NCBI GenBank assembly: GCA_944320265.1
Contig: CALUGT010000015.1
Coordinates: 3,194 to 67,193 of the forward strand
Reading direction: 5' to 3'
DNA: 64,000 bases
Origin: an uncultured Bacteroidales bacterium
GTDB lineage: Bacteria; Bacteroidota; Bacteroidia; Bacteroidales; P3
Shown here one piece after another: positions 28,036-36,912 of this stretch. The notes below the pieces were generated by a model that saw only the letters and a program-made list of their open reading frames with translations, searched no databases and had not been told where the DNA came from. The position numbers and the translations under genes are program-made. Within the stretch, counting starts at the first letter, position 1, and every line of letters begins with the position of its first letter.

Positions 28036-28661
28036 GCCAATGATGTTTTCAATTTCTCTATCTGGTAAGGCTGCAGCAAACAAGCTTCCAGGAACCAGGC
28101 TTCGCCATGCAAAAGGTAATAAGCCTGGTTGCCGCACAGCAACGGATGCAGACCGTTGTCCTCATCCAACATGCCTACTTTGCGAAGCAGGGTCAGATAG
28201 GTGCTTGCCAGTTTCTTCTTGGTAGCTTCCGTCCAAGAGTCCACAAAATCGTCCTTGGCCGAAAGTTCGTTGAGTTCCATATAAATGTCGTCCAGGGTTA
28301 CGCTCTTGGAAATGGAGTTCCACTTTTTCATGGCCACATTGACATGGAAGTCGAACAGAATCCGGTAAGTCTTGAGCAAGACAAAAAACAAGGCAGCTTT
28401 CCGGTCTTCTTCCGGCATCTGAACATAATCCTGCCAGAAAGAAACCGGCATGGCATCGTAACGCCTTTCCACCTCGGCCATGATCCGCTTCCGGGACGTC
28501 TCGGCATTGATATGCAGAAGCCGGTTCTCGGAAGCTTCCTGTTGCAGGAATTCTTGCCGATTTCCGGACATAAGCAGCGGCAAGAGGATATTGGTCTCCT
28601 CGTACAGGAAACCGCCTCCTGAAACCGCTGCGGAATAAGGGCTATTGTATTTCTTTTTCAT
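28032..28661 (-). CDS. brxA: BREX protein BrxA (DUF1819)
   Basis: From the Met at 28661 the sequence reads MKKKYNSPYSAAVSGGGFLYEETNILLPLL...RKRIMAEVERRYDAMP...AALFFVLLKTYRILFDFHVNV. This is a DUF1819-like pattern. It is the first gene of the operon. Confidence 0.85.
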   Translation of the reverse strand: MKKKYNSPYSAAVSGGGFLYEETNILLPLLMSGNRQEFLQQEASENRLLHINAETSRKRIMAEVERRYDAMPVSFWQDYVQMPEEDRKAALFFVLLKTYRILFDFHVNVAMKKWNSISKSVTLDDIYMELNELSAKDDFVDSWTEATKKKLASTYLTLLRKVGMLDEDNGLHPLLCGNQAYYLLHGEAWFLEACLLQPYQIEKLKTSLA

Positions 28662-28913
28662 AATTGCGCAAATATGCAAATTTAAGAAATTCTTATGTAC
28701 CGAATGGATTCCTGTCAAAATTCATACATATTACAAACAACATTTCCCTATAAGAAGGTATTTCCATAAAGAAAAATACCTATTTATAGCGATAACAAAA
28801 CCCGTGAGACCCTTGTACTTTCGCAAACGAAAACAGAGACAGCAAACATCCAATCCAAAAATTTGATTTTATTTAAAATAACACCATAAAAAAACAAAAT
28901 AAATTCAAATAAC

Positions 28914-31900
28914 ATGAGACTAAAACAAAACTTTCTCAACAGTTGCTGGCTATTAGCTTTCTGCGCCCTGCCAGCAACGAGTCTGGCAGGCAGCGAACGC
29001 CAACCAAAAGGAGCAAGCCTTCCGCGAATCCAGCTCCAGGAAATCAAGCAAGACACGAACTTGGCAGACCATGCCTTGGTAATTCTCAAAGTAAACGAAA
29101 GCTGGAGCAAAGGCACTGGTTTCCAGTTGCTCATCGACAAAGACTGGACGGATAACGAAAGCGGGACCATGGGCGACGCGACATTGGAAAACTTCCTGTT
29201 CGACACCTATTCCTGGAATGCCTTGGAAGAAACATACCTGATCTACCAAGGCTGCGACTACTTCATCCCTGAAAATGCTACTGGGCAAGAGAACTCCCCG
29301 GTAGTCCATGCCGGAGAGCAAGATTCCGTTTACATTGAATGCAATGGTAGCTATTACCAGTACGCCATCTTTGAAATGACAGATGAAGCCATGGGATACA
29401 ACGCACCCGAATGCCCTCCCGGGTACTATGACTTATACGACTATACCAACTCATACGGCGGTGCCAGCTACGACGGATTCGAATTTAACAATGGTTTCAT
29501 CTATGTCTTCACCGTACTGCCTGGAAACGTGACCCGGACCGCCACCAGCGTGATGGGCGCGCCGGATTTAACGGTCGAACGGGTGCACCTGCCATCTTCT
29601 TCCTGCGCGTTGGGCATGGAAACCATCGCTGCCACCCTCCGCAATACCGGCAAAGGCGATATCTACGGTTTCAAGGCCTCCTATTCCGTAGACAAGGAAC
29701 CAGCTGTGGAACAATCCTTCTCTGACACGCTGCTCATCGGCGAAGAAATCCGGATCACCTTCGATTCCTTGGCCGATTTCTCGCTCCCCGGCCACGAATA
29801 CAGGGTAACCGTCACTGCTTCGCTCTTAGAAACGGCTGCTGTTCCCGAAGTGGATACAGGAAACAATGGGAATTATGCGCATGCGACCAATTCCGAACCT
29901 CTTTACCTCCCCTACATCAGCGATTTCACCAATGAAATGTACGGCGACCACTACTGGTCTTCCTGGATTGCCGATTCCTACGAAGACGAATGGATGCTGA
30001 GCCAAGGCGAATGGTCTGCCCAACAGGATCATGTCCCCTTGGTATCGCCTTGCTTCTACATTGAAAAAGGCATCTACCGTTTCACCTACACCTATCAGGC
30101 TGGCCTTGACGTTGGCGTGTACCAGCAAGGATGCAGCTATGGAATCCAAATGGGCAAAGCCGAAGACAACCCCTTTGATTTTGACACTCTCTATTACGCG
30201 GAAGAAGAATTCACGCAAAGCCGTTATGTAAACAATAGCTTTGTCTTTGAGGTGGAAGAAGACGACCACTATGCCTTTGCCATACAGACATTCTACTTGC
30301 CAACTTTCTATTTGCAGGACATCCAGATTGAAAAAGTAGACAGTTACGACTTGGCCGTCAACAGGCTGAGCCTCGCCACCCCGCACCGCTTGCCTTTGCG
30401 CCAATTGCCGGAATCCATTCCAGCCGCAGTGGAATTGGAAAACCTTGGTTCCAAAGATATCACCTATACCCTGCAGTTCTCCGCCAATGGACAAGTACTG
30501 GCGCAAAACGTGCAAGACTCGCTGCCTGCGCTCAGCAATGGCACAGCCGAAATTTCCTTGAGCGGGTTTCCCTGCATTGACATCGGCGACACGATGAACC
30601 TTTATGTCAAGGGCAGCATCAAAGACTCTCTCGATGCCAACATCCACAATGACACGGCTTGCAGCTTGTTTATCCTCAGCGATACCGTAATGGCCTACGA
30701 CCGTCTCGACTTTGACCGAAGCATCGTATCGGCCGGTGCTGTAGGAGGAGATGCACCTGTATGGGCCGGAACGGTATTCAACTTAGCCCGCCGCGACACC
30801 TTGAGTTCCATTTCGCTCGGCCTAAGCTACAGCACGCAGAAATTCAATATCGGACTAGCAGTCTACCACTGGGATGCCGAGAAGGAAGTCGTTGGCGAAT
30901 CCTTGTTCGACATAGAAGTGGAACGGGAAAGAGAATCCGGGCTTTATACCTTCCCTGTCCCTGCCCGGAGCTTGGACAGCGGCAGCTACCTCTTTGCCTT
31001 CAAGCAATTAGGGACCCAAAGCGCGAATGTCTTGTGCGACAACATGCCGGGGGGTGCTTTTTATACCTTCAATTCCGATACTTCCGTCATCCAGACCCAA
31101 GCTGGATTCCTTTGCCTGCGAGCCAATTTCGGTTCAGCCGAAATAGTAGCACAACGGGATGCGATGCTCTCGGGCATGGAAAAACCCGCCTCCCGGGGTA
31201 TTTTCACCAAGACCGAAGAAATCGTGGCCAATGTCACTAATAACGGACCTCAGCCCTTGCATGATTTCCAAGTTCTCTGCATTGCCGACAAAGACTCCCT
31301 GTACGCTGTCATCGACACATTGGCTCCGTATGCGGCCACTACGGTTTCTTTCATAGCAGACCTTTCGGCCATCGGGACTCACCGTCTTTTCTTCCAGACC
31401 ATGCTTGCAGAAGACGAGAACCCGGCCAACGACACCCTGACGCGAACCGTGGAATGCATCGAAATGCCCGATCCGTATTTCATGGACTTTGAAGCCTGCC
31501 AAGACTTCAGCCAGGAAAATTTCCAATCAGGATGGGCCAGCATCGACCGTGACAACACGGGGGTTTGCGTCATCGACGAGTTCATGTACCCGGGCTGGGC
31601 TGAACCATGCGGTTTCATGGCTTTCAACCCGTACCTGACCGAACCAGCCATGGAGGCCGAAGGCGCGCTGCCGTATGATGGCCAACGCTACGGTGCCAGC
31701 TTCAGTGCCAGAGGCAACGTGCGGAACAACGACTGGCTGGTTTCGCCCAAGCTGCAAATGCCGGAAAGCGGTTCCTACATCGAGTTCTACGCCAAGTCAC
31801 TCAACGGCAACTACGGGTTAGAAGTGTTCAACGTCCTGGTTTCGACCACAGACCTTGACCCTGACAGTTTTGCTCCTGTTTTAGAAGAAGTGGAAGCCCC

Positions 31901-32294
31901 GGCCGATGATTGGACTCATTTCACGGCCGACCTTTCCGCTTACGATAAACAGGAAGTCTATATTGCTATCCAATGCGTTTCCCTCAATGCGTTCGTCTTC
32001 ATGATTGACAACATCAAAGTGGGCAAACCTGGCGAAACCGGCACGGAAAACCATAGGGGGCAAGCAGATTTCAGGCTGTACCCGAACCCGGCACGCGACC
32101 GGATATATTTCCGCAGCGAGGAAAACATCCTGAGCGTGGACATCTACGCCTTGGATGGAAGACTGGTCTACGCGGACAAACTGCTTGACCAGCCACAAGG
32201 GGCAATCTCGGTAGAGAACCTGCCCCAAGGCCTTTACCTCCTGCAAGCCAGGACTTCCGATGGGTACGTCATCCAGAAGTTCGTGAAACAGTAA
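28914..32294 (+). CDS. Large secreted T9SS cargo protein (choice-of-anchor-J/cleaved-adhesin-like domain plus C-terminal sorting domain)
   Basis: It has a signal peptide (LLAFCALPATSLAGS). The segment NDWLVSPKLQMP...YIEFYAKS...FNVLVS is typical of choice-of-anchor J/DUF2436. The C-terminus (LYPNPARDRIYF...VDIYALDGRLV...LPQGLYLLQARTSDGYVIQKFVKQ) is a T9SS CTD. Confidence 0.8.
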   Translation: MRLKQNFLNSCWLLAFCALPATSLAGSERQPKGASLPRIQLQEIKQDTNLADHALVILKVNESWSKGTGFQLLIDKDWTDNESGTMGDATLENFLFDTYSWNALEETYLIYQGCDYFIPENATGQENSPVVHAGEQDSVYIECNGSYYQYAIFEMTDEAMGYNAPECPPGYYDLYDYTNSYGGASYDGFEFNNGFIYVFTVLPGNVTRTATSVMGAPDLTVERVHLPSSSCALGMETIAATLRNTGKGDIYGFKASYSVDKEPAVEQSFSDTLLIGEEIRITFDSLADFSLPGHEYRVTVTASLLETAAVPEVDTGNNGNYAHATNSEPLYLPYISDFTNEMYGDHYWSSWIADSYEDEWMLSQGEWSAQQDHVPLVSPCFYIEKGIYRFTYTYQAGLDVGVYQQGCSYGIQMGKAEDNPFDFDTLYYAEEEFTQSRYVNNSFVFEVEEDDHYAFAIQTFYLPTFYLQDIQIEKVDSYDLAVNRLSLATPHRLPLRQLPESIPAAVELENLGSKDITYTLQFSANGQVLAQNVQDSLPALSNGTAEISLSGFPCIDIGDTMNLYVKGSIKDSLDANIHNDTACSLFILSDTVMAYDRLDFDRSIVSAGAVGGDAPVWAGTVFNLARRDTLSSISLGLSYSTQKFNIGLAVYHWDAEKEVVGESLFDIEVERERESGLYTFPVPARSLDSGSYLFAFKQLGTQSANVLCDNMPGGAFYTFNSDTSVIQTQAGFLCLRANFGSAEIVAQRDAMLSGMEKPASRGIFTKTEEIVANVTNNGPQPLHDFQVLCIADKDSLYAVIDTLAPYAATTVSFIADLSAIGTHRLFFQTMLAEDENPANDTLTRTVECIEMPDPYFMDFEACQDFSQENFQSGWASIDRDNTGVCVIDEFMYPGWAEPCGFMAFNPYLTEPAMEAEGALPYDGQRYGASFSARGNVRNNDWLVSPKLQMPESGSYIEFYAKSLNGNYGLEVFNVLVSTTDLDPDSFAPVLEEVEAPADDWTHFTADLSAYDKQEVYIAIQCVSLNAFVFMIDNIKVGKPGETGTENHRGQADFRLYPNPARDRIYFRSEENILSVDIYALDGRLVYADKLLDQPQGAISVENLPQGLYLLQARTSDGYVIQKFVKQ

Positions 32295-32376
32295 CAAAAA
32301 CGTACCCGCCCCGCTGTGCGTGCATAATCGGCCAATCGCTTATCTTTGCACCCTGGTTATATCAGGATTGCAGCTC

Positions 32377-34299
32377 ATGAAACGTGTCTACCTTTGGTTA
32401 ATCAGCATGCTCAGCGGGGTACTGCTGGCCCTGTCGTGGCCTGCCCACGGCTTCACCCCCTTGGTCTTCATCGCCCTCTTCCCGCTCTTCTGGGTCGAAG
32501 ACTACGTTCTGGAACGCCAGCAAGAATACGACCGGCACCAGGCAGCGAAGAAAGCGCTCCGGGTATCGCCCAAGCTCAAAGCCTACATAGGCCACATTCT
32601 CCAGAAATTGCCGGTCAGCAAGAAAACCGGCACAGGAAAGGACCTTCCCGTCCTCAACGGCATTCCCCAGAGTGGCCGCACCGCAGGATCCTCCCTGCCA
32701 GAACGCACCAGATACCACATCTTCTTCTATTCCTTCTCCGCATTCCTTGTCTGGAACATCCTCACCACGTGGTGGATATGGAATTCGACCCCTGCCGCCG
32801 CGCTGGCTTTCGCACTCAACGCATTATTGATGGCCCTCGTTTTCACGATGTTCCATTATTCATGCCGGCATTCCTTCAAAAAAGGGATGCGCTGGATCAT
32901 CCTCTTCATCTACTGGCTAGGATTCGAACACTTCCACCACAACTGGGATGTGTCCTGGCCCTGGCTCACCCTCGGCAACGCCTTCGCACCCCGGCCTCAA
33001 TGGGTACAATGGTACGAACTCACGGGAACCTTGGGCGGAAGCCTCTGGATATTAGGGTGCAACGTGGCCCTGCTGCATTGGTTCAAAGCCTGGAGAGCCC
33101 AGAAGCGAGGAAAACCCGTCTTCAGCGAGAACCGCCTCAGCCTGAGCGTGCGCGGCAAGCTGCTCCTCTTCTGCGGCCTGGTCATCGTGCCTGCCGGGCT
33201 TTCGATAATCCGTTTTGCCACCTACCAGGAAAAAGGCCGCCCGGTAGAAGTGGTGGCCGTCCAGCCCAACATCGACCCCTACGTGGAACAATACACACTG
33301 ACACCTTTCCAGGCTACAGACCGGATGCTCCGCCTTGCGCAAAGCCAGATGACTCCTCATACCCGCTTCATCGTCACCCCGGAAAGCATGATCCAGGAAA
33401 ACATCTGGGAAAACCAGCTGCCGTCCAGCCCTTCGGTCAGGCAAATCCAGGATTTCCTGCAAGAATGGCCTAACGCTCAATTGATTGCCGGCATTTCCTC
33501 CTACTCCCGTGTCCGTCCTGAAGATTCCGCGATGCAAGGTGTCCGCAAGCTTCGCCGCGCCACAGACCCTGCCCGGCGGTTCTACCGCGCCCACAACACC
33601 GTCATCGTCCTCGGCGCCAATCCCGGCATGCCGATTCCGATGCACCACAAATGCAAACTGGTCCCCGGCGTGGAAATCATGCCTTACGTCAACAGACTCG
33701 GATTCCTGGAAAACCTGGCCATCGACCTGGGCGGCACAGTGGGCACCCTGGGCATCGACCCGGGACCGACCGTCTTTGCCAGCGAAAGCCCGGAATCATG
33801 CCGCGTGATTGGCGGAAGCTACGCCGGACCCTACTACGGAGAACTGTCCAAAGACGCTCCGGTAGCAGGCAAGCCTCTCCAGGAGGGGGAATTCCGCTTT
33901 GCCGACCTGATCTGCTACGAGTCGGTCTATGGCGACTATGTGGCCTCCTGCGTGCGGGAAGGTGCCGAACTGCTGTTCGTCTCCACAAATGACGGCTGGT
34001 GGAAAGACACGCCCGGACATCGCCAGCACGCCTCCTACGCCCGGCTGAGAGCCATCGAGAACCGCCGCGACGTGGCCCGGGCCGCCAACACCGGCATTTC
34101 CTGCTTCATAGACCAGAAAGGCCGCGTTTACCAAGCCACAGCGTACTGGGAGCCGGCCTGCATCCGGCAAACGCTCCATGCCAACGACAAGCTCAGCATC
34201 TACGCCCAGTACGGGGACATTCTGGGACGATGCAGCCTTCCTCTTTCTTTATTCTTCATTTTGCTTACTTTTGTCATTGTTCTCAGACAACGTAAGTAG
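32377..34299 (+). CDS. lnt: Apolipoprotein N-acyltransferase
   Basis: From the Met at 32377 there are multiple N-terminal TM helices (LISMLSGVLLALSWP..FTPLVFIALFPLF), then a CN-hydrolase domain with the catalytic Cys context FADLICYESVY and NDGWW. Confidence 0.85.
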   Translation: MKRVYLWLISMLSGVLLALSWPAHGFTPLVFIALFPLFWVEDYVLERQQEYDRHQAAKKALRVSPKLKAYIGHILQKLPVSKKTGTGKDLPVLNGIPQSGRTAGSSLPERTRYHIFFYSFSAFLVWNILTTWWIWNSTPAAALAFALNALLMALVFTMFHYSCRHSFKKGMRWIILFIYWLGFEHFHHNWDVSWPWLTLGNAFAPRPQWVQWYELTGTLGGSLWILGCNVALLHWFKAWRAQKRGKPVFSENRLSLSVRGKLLLFCGLVIVPAGLSIIRFATYQEKGRPVEVVAVQPNIDPYVEQYTLTPFQATDRMLRLAQSQMTPHTRFIVTPESMIQENIWENQLPSSPSVRQIQDFLQEWPNAQLIAGISSYSRVRPEDSAMQGVRKLRRATDPARRFYRAHNTVIVLGANPGMPIPMHHKCKLVPGVEIMPYVNRLGFLENLAIDLGGTVGTLGIDPGPTVFASESPESCRVIGGSYAGPYYGELSKDAPVAGKPLQEGEFRFADLICYESVYGDYVASCVREGAELLFVSTNDGWWKDTPGHRQHASYARLRAIENRRDVARAANTGISCFIDQKGRVYQATAYWEPACIRQTLHANDKLSIYAQYGDILGRCSLPLSLFFILLTFVIVLRQRK

Positions 34300-34337
34300 C
34301 AATTGCATCAAGGAAATTTCCCCGGAGAGGAAAAGCC

Positions 34338-35819
34338 ATGGACGAACCCATTCTGATTGTAGACGATGACGTGAACTTGAATCGCCTGCTGGCCAAGTTC
34401 TTAGAGAGGAACGGATTCCCCTCGGCGACCGCGTATTCGGCCGAAGAAGCCATCAAGATACTTTCCTCGCAGAAATTCCGGATAGTCCTGACCGACCTGC
34501 GGCTTCCCCACAAGGACGGGCTGGAACTCCTGCAATGGATCAGCGGCCACGATTCCGGATGCCGGACAGTATTGATGACGAACTACGCCGATGTGCAGAC
34601 AGCCGTCAAAGCCATGAAGCTGGGCGCAGCCGACTACATCGCCAAACCTATCATTCCCGACGATCTTCTCAAGAAAATCCAAGACCTTGCCGACAACGCC
34701 GGCAGGCACGGGCAAAGCCTTGGCGCAGAGACCGGCCCCGAACCGGCGCCGCCCGCCTCCCCTGGAAAAAAGATGCTTGGCCAAGCCTTCGTCGACAAAG
34801 GCTTCATCCGAGGCACCTCCCAAGCCGCAGTGCAATTGGAGCAACATATACGGCTGGTCGCGCCCACACCGATCACCGTCCTCATCAGCGGCGAAAGCGG
34901 CACAGGCAAGGAATACATCGCCAGACTGATCCACAATAGCAGCAAGCAGTCCCAAGGGCCTTTCGTGGCCGTGGACTGCGGATCGATTCCCCAGGATCTG
35001 GCCGGCAGCGAGCTTTTCGGGCACAAGAAAGGCTCGTTCACCGGAGCCGTAGCCGACAAGAACGGTTTCTTCCAGCAAGCCGAAGGCGGCACGCTCTTCT
35101 TCGACGAGATCGAGAACCTGCCCTATTCGGTGCAAATCCACTTGCTGCGAGCCTTGCAGGAAAAGCGCATACGCCCCGTGGGAGCCGAAAAGGACATCGA
35201 GACGCATGTGCGGATCATTGCCGCCACCAACGAGGACATCCCCTCGCTTTGCGCGAAAGGAAGCTTCCGCGCAGACCTTTACCACCGGCTCAACGAATTT
35301 TTGATCCAAGCGGTACCTTTGCGCGAACGCAAAGAAGACATTCCCTTGTTTTCCAGGAAATTCCTGGAAAATGCGAACGAGGAACTGGAAAAAGAAATCC
35401 CGGTTCTCGGCCTGGAACCAGAAGTCCTGGCAATTTTCATGCAGTACGACTGGCCGGGCAACATCCGTGAACTTCTTTATACGGTAAAACGAGCCTGCCT
35501 GCTCTGCCAAGGGCAATACGTGAAGCTCGAAGACCTTCCGCCCGAACTCCAGCGGTCCGCAGCAGGGACAGGAACGCGGCAAGCCTCCACCGGCATGGGA
35601 ACGCCGGCCACGCTCCATGCCGCCGCGACGGATGCAGAGTCCGGACCGACCGTCTCCCTCCCGAACCTCCAGGCCAGGATCTCGCTGGCAGAAGAAGAGA
35701 AGAACCGGATACTGGCATGCCTGCGGCAATGCAACTACAACAAGACAAAAGCGGCCAGACTGCTCGACATTGACCGGAAAACCCTCTACAACAAGCTCCG
35801 TTCCTACGGTATCGAATGA
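34338..35819 (+). CDS. Sigma-54-dependent Fis-family response regulator (NtrC-like)
   Basis: Receiver domain (ILIVDDD...VLTDLRLPHKDG). AAA+ sigma-54 interaction domain (ISGESGTGKEYIA, GSFTGAV, ELFGH). C-terminal Fis-type HTH (NKTKAARLLDIDRKTLYNKL). Confidence 0.9.
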   Translation: MDEPILIVDDDVNLNRLLAKFLERNGFPSATAYSAEEAIKILSSQKFRIVLTDLRLPHKDGLELLQWISGHDSGCRTVLMTNYADVQTAVKAMKLGAADYIAKPIIPDDLLKKIQDLADNAGRHGQSLGAETGPEPAPPASPGKKMLGQAFVDKGFIRGTSQAAVQLEQHIRLVAPTPITVLISGESGTGKEYIARLIHNSSKQSQGPFVAVDCGSIPQDLAGSELFGHKKGSFTGAVADKNGFFQQAEGGTLFFDEIENLPYSVQIHLLRALQEKRIRPVGAEKDIETHVRIIAATNEDIPSLCAKGSFRADLYHRLNEFLIQAVPLRERKEDIPLFSRKFLENANEELEKEIPVLGLEPEVLAIFMQYDWPGNIRELLYTVKRACLLCQGQYVKLEDLPPELQRSAAGTGTRQASTGMGTPATLHAAATDAESGPTVSLPNLQARISLAEEEKNRILACLRQCNYNKTKAARLLDIDRKTLYNKLRSYGIE

Positions 35820-36125
35820 AGGCGTGCCAGTGAATCGGTCCGGAATGCTCCGGAAACGCATAGCGGGCCATGCAAGCGCGCGGACATTCCTGAAATGCAC
35901 CGCCCGGCGGAAGAACAGCCTCGGCATGCACCATAGAACCCGCTGCTTGGGGCAACCGCAAAACACAATAGGCTGACTATCAATCTCATTTTACAGCCCG
36001 CAGGTATTCTCTTGTGCAAGATTCATTATGGATCGATTAGTTGGTTGTTTCCGGCAATCTTGAGGCGGCCGCCCCGGCCTGTCCCCCCGGCCTGTCTGTA
36101 ACTCTTTTGCAAGAAGCTGTTTAAA

Positions 36126-36316
36126 CCCAAATCGGTCATTAGACTCGCCGGGGCGTTTCCGGTGGCGGAATGGTGCTTTCGGGTATCTTGCCCGCTTCTG
36201 TCCGCATCCTGTTTCTCGCTACGCCTCGACGTAGCCCGCTATGCCTTCGGCTAGGCGAGAAGCATGCTGCATGACACAAGCGGGCAATCTCCCCAGAGTC
36301 TAATGACCGATTTGGG
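36126..36316 (-). mobile_element. MITE-1 copy b (191 bp)
   Basis: Same TIRs and conserved core (cgctacgcctcgacgtagcccgcta.gccttcggctaggcgagaagcatgctgcatgaca) as the other copies. It is flanked by TTAAA on both sides (36121-36125 and 36317-36321). Orientation is opposite to copy a. Confidence 0.85.
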
Positions 36317-36577
36317 TTAAAATTTCTTGCAATCTTGAAAAGGCTGGATTTTCAGGGACCGGGGTCAGGATTTTGTTTGCCCGTCGGGGGCTGTTCCGGG
36401 TCTTGGTCGAGCGATGCTCGATGATAGCTTGGTCTCGGAGAAATCAACGCAAGCTTTGATTCCCCGCTCGACTTTCGCTATCGTTTGCGTTTTTCACGTC
36501 AGATAGCTGGGCTATCCTCCTTTGGAAAACGCGGAGCCATCCCGCCAAATCCCCTCCCGATGAGCTAAACAAATAAA

Positions 36578-36772
36578 CCCAAATCGGTCATTAGACTCGC
36601 CGAGTGTGTTTCCTGTTTTCGAAGAGGGGTGCTTTTGTGCATCTTGTTCGCTTCTGTCCGCATCTTGCTCCTCGCTACGCCTCGACGTAGCCCGCTACGC
36701 CTTCGGCTAGGCGAGAAGCATGCTGCATGACATAAGCGGACAATCTACCCAAAGTCTAATGACCGATTTGGG
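36578..36772 (-). mobile_element. MITE-1 copy c (195 bp, subfamily B)
   Basis: TIRs as above, flanked by ATAAA (36573-36577 and 36773-36777). It differs from copy f at a single position by eye. Confidence 0.85.
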
Positions 36773-36912
36773 ATAAATTTAAACAGCTTCTAATTCTTCC
36801 AAAGAAATTTTGTAAATTTGCTGAATTTACGGCCGTCATGGAATCCGCACTGGAAAAGCATCCCTCCGATGCAAAAGGGGCAGGACGGCAACGAACCCAA
36901 AAACAAAACTAA

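Larger units (their letters stand above)
36112..36791. mobile_element. R2 MITE-like repeat, copy 1, carrying two nested MITE-1 insertions
   Basis: The ends are agaagctgtttaaa (36112-36125) and tttaaacagcttct (36778-36791). The interior is collinear with copy 2 at 48347-48562, apart from MITE-1 copies b and c near each end and an extra segment of about 79 bp (36430-36508) flanked by gatagct. Confidence 0.6.

Noticed and set aside
34401-35966. 521-aa minus-strand ORF opposite the sigma-54 response regulator; likewise 56736-58412 opposite ettA, 8915-9655 opposite ybaK and 51110-52048 opposite the DUF4143 ATPase
   Set aside because: In each case the opposite strand encodes a protein with unambiguous family motifs, and the antisense translation is compositionally biased.
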